Virus record (IMG/VR): IMGVR_UViG_2935124990_000001
Span: 1-64,000 of that record
Length of the DNA stretch: 64,000 nt
From: a virus
Lineage: Duplodnaviria > Caudoviricetes
Direction: 5' to 3' (one strand)
Shown: in pieces, positions 28,274 through 36,885 of the stretch
Layout: each line of letters begins with the position of its first letter
How positions within the stretch are numbered: position 1 is the first letter of the stretch
Made by a program: the position numbers and the translations under genes
Notes under the pieces: model-generated
Told to the model about the DNA's origin: nothing
The model's database searches: none
Seen by the model: the letters and a program-made list of their open reading frames with translations, nothing else

Positions 28274-28731
28274 CAGGCGTCCTCGTTCCGGCTGATGGTG
28301 CCGGGCTCCTCGCCCCGGTACCAGGCGGACTGTTCGGCGTCGGCAGGGTGCCGGGGTGGGTGCACGGTGGCGGACCGGGCGGCGAGGCCGCCCATTGCTG
28401 TGTACCCGGCGTCGTCGAGGGCGGCCCGCAGCCGGTCCAGGGCGTCCCGTGTCCATGTTGGGCGGGCCGACAGTTTCCCGGCCTGGTAGCCGACGGGGAG
28501 GGCTGCGTCCCACACGGCCTGGACCATGACCGGGTCCCAGTCGGGGAACAGGTCGGCGGGGAGCTTGCGGACGGTCCCTGCGGCTTCGAGGTGGGCGGCG
28601 GCGAGGATTCCGGCGAGGTAGTCCCCGGAGGTCTGGCACCGGTCGGCGAGCACCTGGTCGACGTGGGCCGGTGACGGGGCGTCGGGGGCCAGTGCGGGGG
28701 CGGAGTCCGCGGTGGTGGTGGGCTGGTTCAT
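28270..28731 (-). CDS. Hypothetical protein
   Basis: Coupled ORF with GGAG RBS. Confidence 0.65.
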   Translation of the reverse strand: MNQPTTTADSAPALAPDAPSPAHVDQVLADRCQTSGDYLAGILAAAHLEAAGTVRKLPADLFPDWDPVMVQAVWDAALPVGYQAGKLSARPTWTRDALDRLRAALDDAGYTAMGGLAARSATVHPPRHPADAEQSAWYRGEEPGTISRNEDAW

Positions 28732-29597
28732 GCTGCGGTCTCCAGGATGCGGGTAGGGGCGGAGGCGACCATCGCCACCGGGAAGAGAGGCACCGCGACG
28801 TACCGCACCACCCGCAGCCGGGCACTGGCAGCAGCCAGCTTCCGGCGCCGGGTGCGCGGTCGCGGAATGAGAGCGGTCAGCGGCAAATCCGGGGCTATCC
28901 GGCGCTGCCGTACACCGTCCGTCGTCGGGGCGGCTGCGATGGGCCACAGCCCGTCCCACACCACCCCGGCCGCAGACGGGAGCAACCCCCGCAGGACGGC
29001 GGCCGTAAGGAGCTCGTCGCGGGTCGCGGTCTCCTTGTCCAGTTCGAGGAGCGAGCACAGGGCGGACCGGTGCCAGTTGCACGTCCGCAGGTCCATTCCC
29101 GCACGGCGTGCCACCCGCTCGTCCGCGACTTCGGCGGCCAGGGCGCGCAGCACCGCGACCTTCTGCGGGGTGCGGGCATCCACCAGGCCCTGGGCGGGTG
29201 CCACGAGCTCGGGCGCTTCCTTGACCTTCCGCTTCACCAGCGCCCGGTGTCGGGTCAGCGCCAGTTCCCCGCCGAGAATCCCTTCGGGTTCGACGAGCCG
29301 CTCGATCTGCCGGCCGTGCGCGTCGGCCTCGACCACCGTGGTGTTGCCGTAGGCGCGGCACAGGGCGAGGACCGGGCACCGCTTGCAGATGTCCTTGGCC
29401 GCCTTCTCGCGGTCCAGGCGTACCTTCTGGGGTTCCGGGCCGTCGTCGGTGTACGGGCCCCACGCGTCCAGCGGCACGTCCGGGTCCCCCGCGGACATGG
29501 TCGGCAGGTCGGGGTCGGGGGCGCATCCCCGGTACTTGTAGTGCCGGTCGTCCACCAGGCGCTGCCTCGCCGCAATCGCATCGACGGTCGTGGTCAT
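28728..29597 (-). CDS. Divergent WhiB-like protein fused to a LuxR-like HTH
   Basis: RGC..AAKDICKRCPVLALC..EGILGG, then QKVAVLRALA..VARRAGMDLRT. Confidence 0.75.
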   Translation of the reverse strand: MTTTVDAIAARQRLVDDRHYKYRGCAPDPDLPTMSAGDPDVPLDAWGPYTDDGPEPQKVRLDREKAAKDICKRCPVLALCRAYGNTTVVEADAHGRQIERLVEPEGILGGELALTRHRALVKRKVKEAPELVAPAQGLVDARTPQKVAVLRALAAEVADERVARRAGMDLRTCNWHRSALCSLLELDKETATRDELLTAAVLRGLLPSAAGVVWDGLWPIAAAPTTDGVRQRRIAPDLPLTALIPRPRTRRRKLAAASARLRVVRYVAVPLFPVAMVASAPTRILETAA

Positions 29598-29995
29598 GGG
29601 GTGTCCCCTTCCTGCGGGTTGTGGTGTGTGGCGCGGGCCAGCTCGGCAGTGACGACCGCGTCCGCGGCGGCCATCACCGCCAGCTCGGACGCGGCACGCC
29701 CGGTGAACTCCTCTGCGGCCCGCTGTTCGGCGACCGCAGCAGCGACCCGGGTACGGAACGCCTCCAGGTCCCGGTGATGCACCGCGTCCGCCAGCAGGGC
29801 GGCAGCGCGCTCCGCCCGCAGCACACGGCGTAGGCGGTGCAACTGCCACCACACCCGGCTAGCGCCCGCCACGACGACGAGCACCGCGGCCGCGGCGGCG
29901 TACTGCTGGGTGGTGGTCGTGGGCTTCGCCTCCTCTCCGGGGCGCCGGAACAACACGGGCACGGGCTTGGGTCTCGGGCTGGCCTTCGGGGTCAC
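29594..29995 (-). CDS. Putative membrane-anchored protein
   Basis: Hydrophobic AAAAAVLVVVAGA segment; coupled. Confidence 0.5.
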   Translation of the reverse strand: MTPKASPRPKPVPVLFRRPGEEAKPTTTTQQYAAAAAVLVVVAGASRVWWQLHRLRRVLRAERAAALLADAVHHRDLEAFRTRVAAAVAEQRAAEEFTGRAASELAVMAAADAVVTAELARATHHNPQEGDTP

Positions 29996-30138
29996 CGCGG
30001 CACACCCCCGGTGGGGTTGGGCGGCAGGGGCATCCGGCCCGACCGGTACCGCCACACCGCCACCAAGAACGGCGAGGCCACCAGCAAGGACAGGACGACG
30101 TAGACCAGGGCGATGAGCACGGGGTGCCTCCAGGGCAT
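29992..30138 (-). CDS. Small single-pass membrane protein
   Basis: VLIALVYVVLSLLVASPFLVAVW. Confidence 0.5.
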   Translation of the reverse strand: MPWRHPVLIALVYVVLSLLVASPFLVAVWRYRSGRMPLPPNPTGGVPR

Positions 30139-30206
30139 GGGGAACGGAACGGCCGGCCCCAGAGCGGGACCGGCCGGTGGTTTGCAGCAGGTTGGCAGTA
30201 GCCGGT

Positions 30207-30989
30207 TCAAGCAGCAGCGAACAGGGCGGACGCCGGAGCCGGCGTTGCGGAGAGCGCATCGTGCAGAACCCTTGCCAGCCGTGGGGGGCAGGCGTTCCCG
30301 ATCTGCTGGGCAACGTCCTTGCCCGACCACGGGTAGTCCGCAGGGAACGACTGCAACAACCCGGCCTCCGCATGGGAGAACCGCGGCAACTCCGCACCGC
30401 CCGGACCGACGACCCGGGACCGGGACACCTTGCCCGTGACCGTTGCTGCCGGCTCGAAGCTCGTACGCCGGCCACGGTTCTTCGGGTCGCCGCCAGTGCC
30501 GTAGTTCGAGATCACCTCGAAGGGTCCGGGCCGGTCCAGCGCCTCGCCCATCGACACCCACGGCAACAACCCCGGATCACCTGCCGAGCGGGCCACACCC
30601 TTCCGGTACGGGCGGCGTGTTGGCGCTGGCAACTCAACGGGACCGTCGAGACGGGCCAGGAGCACCGACCGGCGCCGCGTCTGCGGCACCCCGTACTGCT
30701 CCGTCCGCAACACCCCGGTAGCCACGTGATACCCCTCCGCAGTCAACAGCACCGCGTACTCGTCCCACACCTGCTGCACCTGCTGCACCTGCTCCAGCAG
30801 GATCGTCTCGTACGGGCGGCCCATGTCCACCGCGGTCAGCGCCCACCGCAACGGCTCCAACACCAACCCGGTTCGGTCGTCGTCGAAGACGTGCGACACC
30901 TTGCGGCGGGCCGCCATGTCCCGTGCAGCCACCAGGATCCCGTCCAGGGCAGCCCGGCCGGAGCCGGCGAAGAGGTCCACAGAGGTCAT
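30207..30989 (-). pseudogene. C5 cytosine DNA methyltransferase with in-frame deletion of motifs II-IV
   Basis: DLFAG joined directly to SGRAALD; has EQV, YGVPQTRRR, LQSFPADY, QQIGNAC but no PCQ catalytic motif. Confidence 0.75.
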
Positions 30990-31987
30990 CAGGCGGCGCT
31001 CCTCTCGCGGGTGTCGGCGTGCCCGTTCCGCTCGGCCTGCCGCGCCTGCTCCTTCAGCTCCTGGATGCGGGCGGTCACCATGTCGCCGAACTGGACGACC
31101 GTGCCGCTGACCGGGCCGTCGACCTGGCGGAGCAGCTGGTTACGGCGGCTGGCCTCGGCCATGACCTTCGTGAGCTCCGTGACGTCGTTCCACCCGCGCT
31201 GCATCTGGCCGATCAGGTTGTCGATCGGGTCCGGGCCGGCGCCGTGCTCGGCAGCCACCTGCGCGGCCGCCGCCGGGGCCTCCTGCGCCTGGCGCTCCTC
31301 GCGGGCCGCCAACTCGTCCTTGAGGTGCCGACCGCGGGACACAATCAGCTCCCCGAGCGTCGTCTCCCCATCCGGGCCCTGCACCGCCGAGCCCAGAAGG
31401 CCGTCACCCTTCGCCTCCGCGTGCATCGCGGTTAGCGCCGTCACGTTGTTCCACACCGCGGGCTTCCGCAGCCGCTCCATGTAGACGTCGGCCGGCGACC
31501 GCTGCCCCACCGGGTGGTCCCGGTCCCCGTCGTCCAGCGACCCGGCATCCACCGGGATCATGAACGTCTGCATCAGGGCGTACTTCAGCGCCGCGGACAT
31601 TGCTTTGTTCGACGCCTTGTCCGCCGTGTCGGATGCCTCGCCGAGCGTGCTGGTGGTGACCTTGTCGCCGGCCGGGCCGTGGAAGTGGAACGCGACCCGC
31701 ATGTGGACGGCGTTCATCTTCCCGCGGACGGAGGTCTGGAAGTCGAGGATCTCCGTCATCATGAACACGCCGTGGTCGCGGAGCGGCTGGGCGAGGGCGC
31801 CGATGAAGTCGTCGACACCACGGAACTTGTAGCCCTGGTGCTTGTTCTCTCCGTTCTTGCCGACGTCTCGGACGTCGCGCATGACTAGGGCCATCAGCTC
31901 GTAGATGGTGGGAACAGCCTGGTTTTGGGTGTGCGAGGTGGGGCCCTCCGCCGTGACGCTGGCGGGGGCCTCGGTGGCCGTGGCCAT
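30989..31987 (-). CDS. erf: ERF-family single-strand annealing protein
   Basis: VGKNGENKHQGYKFRGVDD..GEASDTADKASNKAMSAALKYAL..DDGD. Confidence 0.88.
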   Translation of the reverse strand: MATATEAPASVTAEGPTSHTQNQAVPTIYELMALVMRDVRDVGKNGENKHQGYKFRGVDDFIGALAQPLRDHGVFMMTEILDFQTSVRGKMNAVHMRVAFHFHGPAGDKVTTSTLGEASDTADKASNKAMSAALKYALMQTFMIPVDAGSLDDGDRDHPVGQRSPADVYMERLRKPAVWNNVTALTAMHAEAKGDGLLGSAVQGPDGETTLGELIVSRGRHLKDELAAREERQAQEAPAAAAQVAAEHGAGPDPIDNLIGQMQRGWNDVTELTKVMAEASRRNQLLRQVDGPVSGTVVQFGDMVTARIQELKEQARQAERNGHADTRERSAA

Positions 31988-32062
31988 GAGGTCTCCTATG
32001 GGGTTATCGCCGCCGGTCGGCGGGCCCGGGTGTGCTCACCGGCGCCCGCCCCGGGCGGAGGG

Positions 32063-32566
32063 CTACTCGGGGTCGGACTGTTCCGTGAAGTTGTCGATGA
32101 GCCAGGACCGCAGAACCTGCGACGTGATCGGAGCCCAGTCCAGCTCCCCGTCCGCCAGCAGCTTCTGCCCGTACTCGTCGACCCGGCGGCGCAGATCTGC
32201 GTTCACCCGGATGTTCAGGTTCGCGACCGGGCCTTCGTGCTCGCCGCGGACGGGGCGCAGCGGCGTGTACTCGTCGGCGAGGAACGCGTTCAGCGCGGCC
32301 GCCGCCTCCGCAGGGAGGGACGTGCCCTTCTGCTGCACCGTGGTCTTGATCTCGTCGCGCAGGGCGCTGGGCATGCGGACCGCGAGGTTCGGGCTCTCCT
32401 GCTCCAGGTCCTTCCACCGCAGCCGGCTGACGAAGCGGGCCCCTTCGTCGGTGAGGACGAAGTCGACGGTGTCGGACAGCTCTGTGGGGGCGCCCGAACT
32501 CCTCAGGTGTGCGGAGGCCTTCTTGAGCAGGTCGACGCGGTGCTGGTCCTGGCGGCTGAGTGCCAC
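32063..32566 (-). CDS. Tandem ribbon-helix-helix regulator (candidate repressor)
   Basis: NLAVRMPSALRDEIK and NLNIRVNADLRRRVD; GAGGA RBS before GTG; divergent from an operator-containing promoter. Confidence 0.7.
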   Translation of the reverse strand: MALSRQDQHRVDLLKKASAHLRSSGAPTELSDTVDFVLTDEGARFVSRLRWKDLEQESPNLAVRMPSALRDEIKTTVQQKGTSLPAEAAAALNAFLADEYTPLRPVRGEHEGPVANLNIRVNADLRRRVDEYGQKLLADGELDWAPITSQVLRSWLIDNFTEQSDPE

Positions 32567-32655
32567 GGGGCGGGGTCCTCTCGGCGGGCGCCGCCCGTGC
32601 CGAGGGTGGCCGGGCGGGCGTGCATGGGCGTGTACCACGTCATCGTCCTCCATTT

Positions 32656-32674
32656 CGTATTGCTACGCCATGCC
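32656..32674. promoter_or_regulatory. Degenerate operator upstream of the RHH gene
   Basis: CGTATTGC-TAC-GCCATGCC, one perfect half-site. Confidence 0.55.
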
Positions 32675-32733
32675 CGACGGGTACGGCGGCCGGGAAGCGG
32701 GTGTTCCTGGCTGATGCCAACCCTACGCGCTTT

Positions 32734-32752
32734 CGTATTGCATTGCAATGCG
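32734..32752 (+). promoter_or_regulatory. Operator over the -35 of promoter TTGCAT-N17-CATTGT
   Basis: CGTATTGC-ATT-GCAATGCG (one mismatch). Confidence 0.8.
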
Positions 32753-32797
32753 TTCTGTGTCATTGTGGTCGCACACCACAACACGCGGGGGCACCAG

Positions 32798-33244
32798 ATG
32801 CGACACACCAACCAGCAGACCAGCACCAAGACCCTCGCCGACCTCTACCGCGCCCTGGACCGCGCTAACGCCGTGACCATCACCTACCTCAAGCCCGGCG
32901 AGACCGAGCCCACTGTGAGGACCATCGAGATCACCGAACTCCGCACCACCAGCGTGCGCATCCGCAAGGACGGCGCCGTCAAGGGCGGCGGCATCATCGT
33001 CATCGCCATGTGCCGGCTTCGGGGAGAAGCCCGGGAATTCCACCTGTCGGGCATTCTCAGCTACACCGTCCACCGCATGGCCTACGTCCTGGACCGCCCG
33101 ACCCCCACCAAGTACGTCCGGCCCACCCCCGCGCCCGTCTCCGACGCGCAGGCCCTGTTCTTCTACGAGCTGGCCCGCGACCAGGACGACGCCGACTACA
33201 CCCCGCGCACCCTGATCCCGTCCGACACCAGCCTCGCCGCCTAA
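32798..33244 (+). CDS. Stand-alone WYL-domain protein
   Basis: VTITY..RTIE..AMCRLRGEAREFHLSGI. Confidence 0.75.
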   Translation: MRHTNQQTSTKTLADLYRALDRANAVTITYLKPGETEPTVRTIEITELRTTSVRIRKDGAVKGGGIIVIAMCRLRGEAREFHLSGILSYTVHRMAYVLDRPTPTKYVRPTPAPVSDAQALFFYELARDQDDADYTPRTLIPSDTSLAA

Positions 33245-33258
33245 CCCGAAGGAACCCC

Positions 33259-33408
33259 ATGAACGACTGCCGCACCTGTAAAGGCGAAGGCGCCCACCCC
33301 CAGTGCGACGGGGCCGGCTGCTTCGACTGCGACCCGGACACGGGCAACTGCCCGACCTGCTGCGGAACCGGCAACGACCCCAAGCACTGGATGCGCGCCC
33401 GCGCCTGA
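33259..33408 (+). CDS. DnaJ-type zinc-finger microprotein
   Basis: CRTCKGEG..CDGAGCFDC..CPTCCGTG; AAGGA RBS. Confidence 0.7.
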   Translation: MNDCRTCKGEGAHPQCDGAGCFDCDPDTGNCPTCCGTGNDPKHWMRARA

Positions 33409-33498
33409 CCTCCGCGAACTCGACCGGGACTACCTGCCGGCCCGCCGCATCGACCAGACTCACACCAGCCTCGCCGCCTGACCCCGAAAGGACCGACC

Positions 33499-33600
33499 AT
33501 GTGGACCTGCGAGAACTGCGGTACCGAAAACCAGCAGGACGACGAGCACTGCCAGAACTGTGACACCTGGCGCAGCGAGCAGGAAGACGACAAGGAGTAG
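33499..33600 (+). CDS. 33-aa RanBP2-type zinc-finger microprotein (not in ORF track)
   Basis: MWTCENCGTENQQDDEHCQNCDTWRSEQEDDKE = W-x-C-x2-C-x3-N-x6-C-x2-C; AAAGGA RBS. Confidence 0.75.
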   Translation: MWTCENCGTENQQDDEHCQNCDTWRSEQEDDKE

Positions 33601-33604
33601 ACCG

Positions 33605-33814
33605 ATGCGATCCCTTCCCGAGCCCCGCTACCCGCTGCTCGTAGCCCTCCCTGACGGTCGGGTCCAGCACGCCGCCCGACTCGTCGGCGACGGGCCCGCC
33701 GTGAACACCCTGTGCCGGAAGCGCGGCACCCCCACCGGAGACGGCGACGGGCTCCCGTACTGCGCGGGCTGCCGCAACCGGCCCAACCCAATCAGCCAGC
33801 AGAGCCATCTCTGA
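33605..33814 (+). CDS. Small zinc-binding protein
   Basis: H..TLC..CAGC; AAGGAG RBS. Confidence 0.6.
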   Translation: MRSLPEPRYPLLVALPDGRVQHAARLVGDGPAVNTLCRKRGTPTGDGDGLPYCAGCRNRPNPISQQSHL

Positions 33815-33879
33815 CCGTCCCCTGGGCTGCTGTGTATGGCTGTGTACGGCACGGCAGCCCACAACCCGAGGAGAACACC

Positions 33880-34053
33880 ATGAGTGGCATCTACGACGAC
33901 GGCGCCACCTACGGCCCGGACCCCACCAATACCGTCAACGAACCCCAGACCGACCCCATCTACGACGACGGAGACGTCTACGGGCAGCCCACCACCCGCG
34001 ACGGGGCGATCGAGGTCATCGAGATCGCCGAAGCCCGCCGGGAGGCGCCGTGA
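33880..34053 (+). CDS. Acidic microprotein with IYDDGxxYG repeat
   Basis: GAGGAG RBS; GTGA overlap with next gene. Confidence 0.6.
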   Translation: MSGIYDDGATYGPDPTNTVNEPQTDPIYDDGDVYGQPTTRDGAIEVIEIAEARREAP

Positions 34054-34250
34054 GGGACACCGCCGCCCGCATCCTCAACCGGCTCCACCAAGAAGCCCTC
34101 GACGAGAACGAGGAACGCGACTGGTACCGCACCGGGCGCATCCCCTGCCACGACTGCGGTACCAACGTCCGCACCAAGACGCTGGAGTCCCTCCCGCCGC
34201 ACAACTGCACGCAACGTCAACAGGAAGCGCGAACCGGCCTGAACGGGTGA
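34050..34250 (+). CDS. Small zinc-binding protein
   Basis: CHDC..HNC; coupled. Confidence 0.6.
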   Translation: MRDTAARILNRLHQEALDENEERDWYRTGRIPCHDCGTNVRTKTLESLPPHNCTQRQQEARTGLNG

Positions 34251-34269
34251 GAGCAGCCCAGGCATACCG

Positions 34270-34300
34270 AAGGCCACCGCCCCGTCCGGGTGGTGGCCTT
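34270..34300 (+). terminator. Stem-loop terminator
   Basis: aaggccacc...ggtggcctt after the microprotein operon. Confidence 0.55.
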
Positions 34301-34380
34301 GCTCACGGGCACAACCGTGAGATCACGGCGATTGTAGACCGCCCCTCGCACCAGCCGCCACCAAACCGGACACTAACCCC

Positions 34381-34588
34381 ATGGCCCGCGACAACCGGAA
34401 CTCCCAAGCCCACCCTCATCGACGACCCCAACACCGGCTACCGGCACCGGTACTGCCGACGCTGCGGACGCCCCCTGACCGTGCTCAGCTCACGGTTGAA
34501 TGGGTACGGCCCGGCCTGCGACCCCAACCGGCACCCCGGTGCGGCAGCACCCCACGAAGTCGACCAAGATGCTATCCCCGGCACCTGA
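34381..34588 (+). pseudogene. DUF6011-like zinc-finger gene with an apparent 1-nt frameshift
   Basis: CRRCGRPLT..SRLNGYGPAC lacks a nearby in-frame start; ATG 34381 joins it if one base near 34405 is removed. Confidence 0.45.
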
Positions 34589-34594
34589 CCGGCC

Positions 34595-35740
34595 TCACAC
34601 GCCCGCAGGCGGCCCGTCCAGCGGCACCACCGTCACCGACCGGCGAACCTGCTCCATCCGCACCGGCAACGGCTCCCACCCCCGCGACCCCGCCATCACC
34701 CAGTTCAAGGCCGCAATGCCCTTCGTGTACGACCGGCGCAACCCATCCGGCAACAACCGCACCCCCGCCGGGCCCGCCTTCGACGCCTGCAACGTCACCC
34801 ACAACCCCCGCCGCGACCCCGTCAACGGCAGGTCCTCGACCACCTGCTCCCGCACCTCCAGCCAGCGGCGCACCGCCACCCGCGACCCCTCCCGCAGCGC
34901 ATACCACTCCACCTCCGGTGCCGGCCCCAACTCCTCAACCGCCGCCAGCACCCGCTGCCTCGTCGCCTCCGACCGGGCCTCCAAGCGCCCGCCGAGCACC
35001 GCCTTCACCGACTCCGGATGCACCTCGGCGAGGGCGGCGATCTCCTCCACCCGGTTCGCCGGCCCCTTCTGCTGCCGCCGCCGCACCCCCACCGCCGACA
35101 AGTCCTCCGCCAGGTCGTCCACGTTCACCGAAGCCAGCTCACCCGACCTCGGCCCCGCATCCAGCACCACCGCCACCATCGCCAACAGCCGGGCACGCTG
35201 CTCGAACGACATGCCCACACCATCCCGCGACAACGGGCCCCGGGCGGCCAGGTCCACCATCCCCCGGTACAGCGCCTCCAACGACCGGGCCTCGACCATC
35301 GGCTTCAACTCGGGCTGCGGCAGCACCGGCAACACCAACCCCACCCCAGGGGCTACCACCGGGCCGAGCAGGGCCACACAGTCCAGGAACACCCGCTGCG
35401 ACGCCAACGGCACAGCCCGGCCCCGGTCCTCCGCCCGGTAACGCAACTCCCCGGCCGCCACCAGGTCGAACACCGCCCCCAACACCTCCGGGGCGAACAG
35501 CCGGCCCGCCGACCGCAACACCCGCCCGCCGGCCACCTCCGGGCGGCCCACCGCACGGTCGAACATCCCCACCACCGCCCACAACTGGTGGGCCCGCTGC
35601 TGTGACACCTGCACCGGAACACCACCAGCCCCCGGCACCCGCAACCGCCCCTCCCACCGGCCGGCATCACGCGGCGCGACCCGCTCCACCACCGCGGCGA
35701 GCTGCCGCACCGCCGGGGAACCGTACTGCCTGGGCGTCAC
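34595..35740 (-). CDS. Truncated tyrosine-recombinase-fold protein with LacI-like HTH insertion
   Basis: Box I LDAGPRSGELASVNVDDL; insert IAALAEVHPESVKAVLGG..SEATRQRVLAAVEELG; ends just after EQVRRS with no downstream Tyr. Confidence 0.75.
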   Translation of the reverse strand: MTPRQYGSPAVRQLAAVVERVAPRDAGRWEGRLRVPGAGGVPVQVSQQRAHQLWAVVGMFDRAVGRPEVAGGRVLRSAGRLFAPEVLGAVFDLVAAGELRYRAEDRGRAVPLASQRVFLDCVALLGPVVAPGVGLVLPVLPQPELKPMVEARSLEALYRGMVDLAARGPLSRDGVGMSFEQRARLLAMVAVVLDAGPRSGELASVNVDDLAEDLSAVGVRRRQQKGPANRVEEIAALAEVHPESVKAVLGGRLEARSEATRQRVLAAVEELGPAPEVEWYALREGSRVAVRRWLEVREQVVEDLPLTGSRRGLWVTLQASKAGPAGVRLLPDGLRRSYTKGIAALNWVMAGSRGWEPLPVRMEQVRRSVTVVPLDGPPAGV

Positions 35741-36885
35741 GAGGGCTCCTCAGTCCGGGCGGCCGCCTTCTTCGCGATCTGAGACAGCGGGTTGCGGTCC
35801 CCGGTGCTGTCCTCCTCGTCGATGTACCCAATCAGGGCCTTCGATCGGTCGTCCCACCCGCCGTGCCGGCCGATGTCGACGATGTCCACCCCCGCCGCCC
35901 GGGCGCTTTTGACCAGGCCGCGGCGCAGCGAGTGCGACGTCCACTTCCCTGGCAGGCCGGTGCGGTGGATGGAGCGGCTGACGATGTCGGAGGCCCCGTT
36001 GATGCTGATCCGCCCGTCTGGGTCCCCGATCGGCTCGCCCTTGCGGGTCATCTCGGCGCCCATGTATCCCCACTGGTCGATCCGCATGAACAGCGGCCCC
36101 TTCGTGTGCCCTTCGTGTGCGAGGGCGTCCACCAGGTCCCGTACAGCGGTGACGGTACACAGAGCCGGGTCCGGGTCGGGCTGCACTTCGACGTTCTGCC
36201 ACTTCTTCCGCTTCTTGCGGTACACCCGCACGGTGAACCCGCCTTCGGGCAGGTCGGTGAAGCTGCCCGGCCAGTTCAGGGGGGCGAGTTCGCTGCCTCG
36301 GGAGGCGATGGCGTGCCCGAGGAGCATGAGGGCGGCGTCCCGTTTCCCGACGAGGGTGTTCCGGTCGAGGTGGGAGAGGGCTTCTGCGAGGACGGCACGG
36401 TCGGCGGCCGCCGCCTTGCGCGGGGTCGCGGCCGGGTCCTGGGCCTCGGACAGCTCCCGCCGGTACCCGGCGACGACCTTGCGGGCCCCCATGGTGTCCG
36501 GCGGCTTGAACCCGGCGGCCCGGTGGGAGGAGCGAATCGACGCGATGATCCGGTCCATCGACGCCGGACCGTACGGCCGCCCGGTTCGCTTCCGGGGGGT
36601 GCGCTTCAGGTACGACAGGTACGCGGTGACGGTCTGCGGGGCAGCAGGGAGGACCCGGCGGCCGACCGTGTCGCACCAGGCGGCGAACTGCTTCATGTCG
36701 CCGTCGTACGCGTCGCTGGTGTCCTTCGGGATGCCCGCCCGGACGTCCGCCTCGGCCTCTGGCGGCAGCCACGCGTCGGGGTCCTCCTCGGCCAGCGGAA
36801 CAGCCGGGGCCCGGTCCTCCGGGATCGCGGGGAGCAGGCCCTCCTCGACCAACTCCCCGTCCACCACGCCGTCGCGCTCGCTCAC
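35737..36885 (-). CDS. Cre-like tyrosine recombinase/resolvase
   Basis: SAM-like N-domain; RDAALMLLG..RGSEL, HSLRRG, HGGW, GYI catalytic set. Confidence 0.93.
   Translation of the reverse strand: MSERDGVVDGELVEEGLLPAIPEDRAPAVPLAEEDPDAWLPPEAEADVRAGIPKDTSDAYDGDMKQFAAWCDTVGRRVLPAAPQTVTAYLSYLKRTPRKRTGRPYGPASMDRIIASIRSSHRAAGFKPPDTMGARKVVAGYRRELSEAQDPAATPRKAAAADRAVLAEALSHLDRNTLVGKRDAALMLLGHAIASRGSELAPLNWPGSFTDLPEGGFTVRVYRKKRKKWQNVEVQPDPDPALCTVTAVRDLVDALAHEGHTKGPLFMRIDQWGYMGAEMTRKGEPIGDPDGRISINGASDIVSRSIHRTGLPGKWTSHSLRRGLVKSARAAGVDIVDIGRHGGWDDRSKALIGYIDEEDSTGDRNPLSQIAKKAAARTEEPS

Noticed and set aside
35737-36885. Recombinase as a prophage integrase with attL/attR
   Set aside because: Cre-like with no arm-binding domain evident, phage genes on both sides, and no tRNA or host junction seen; cannot be fully excluded
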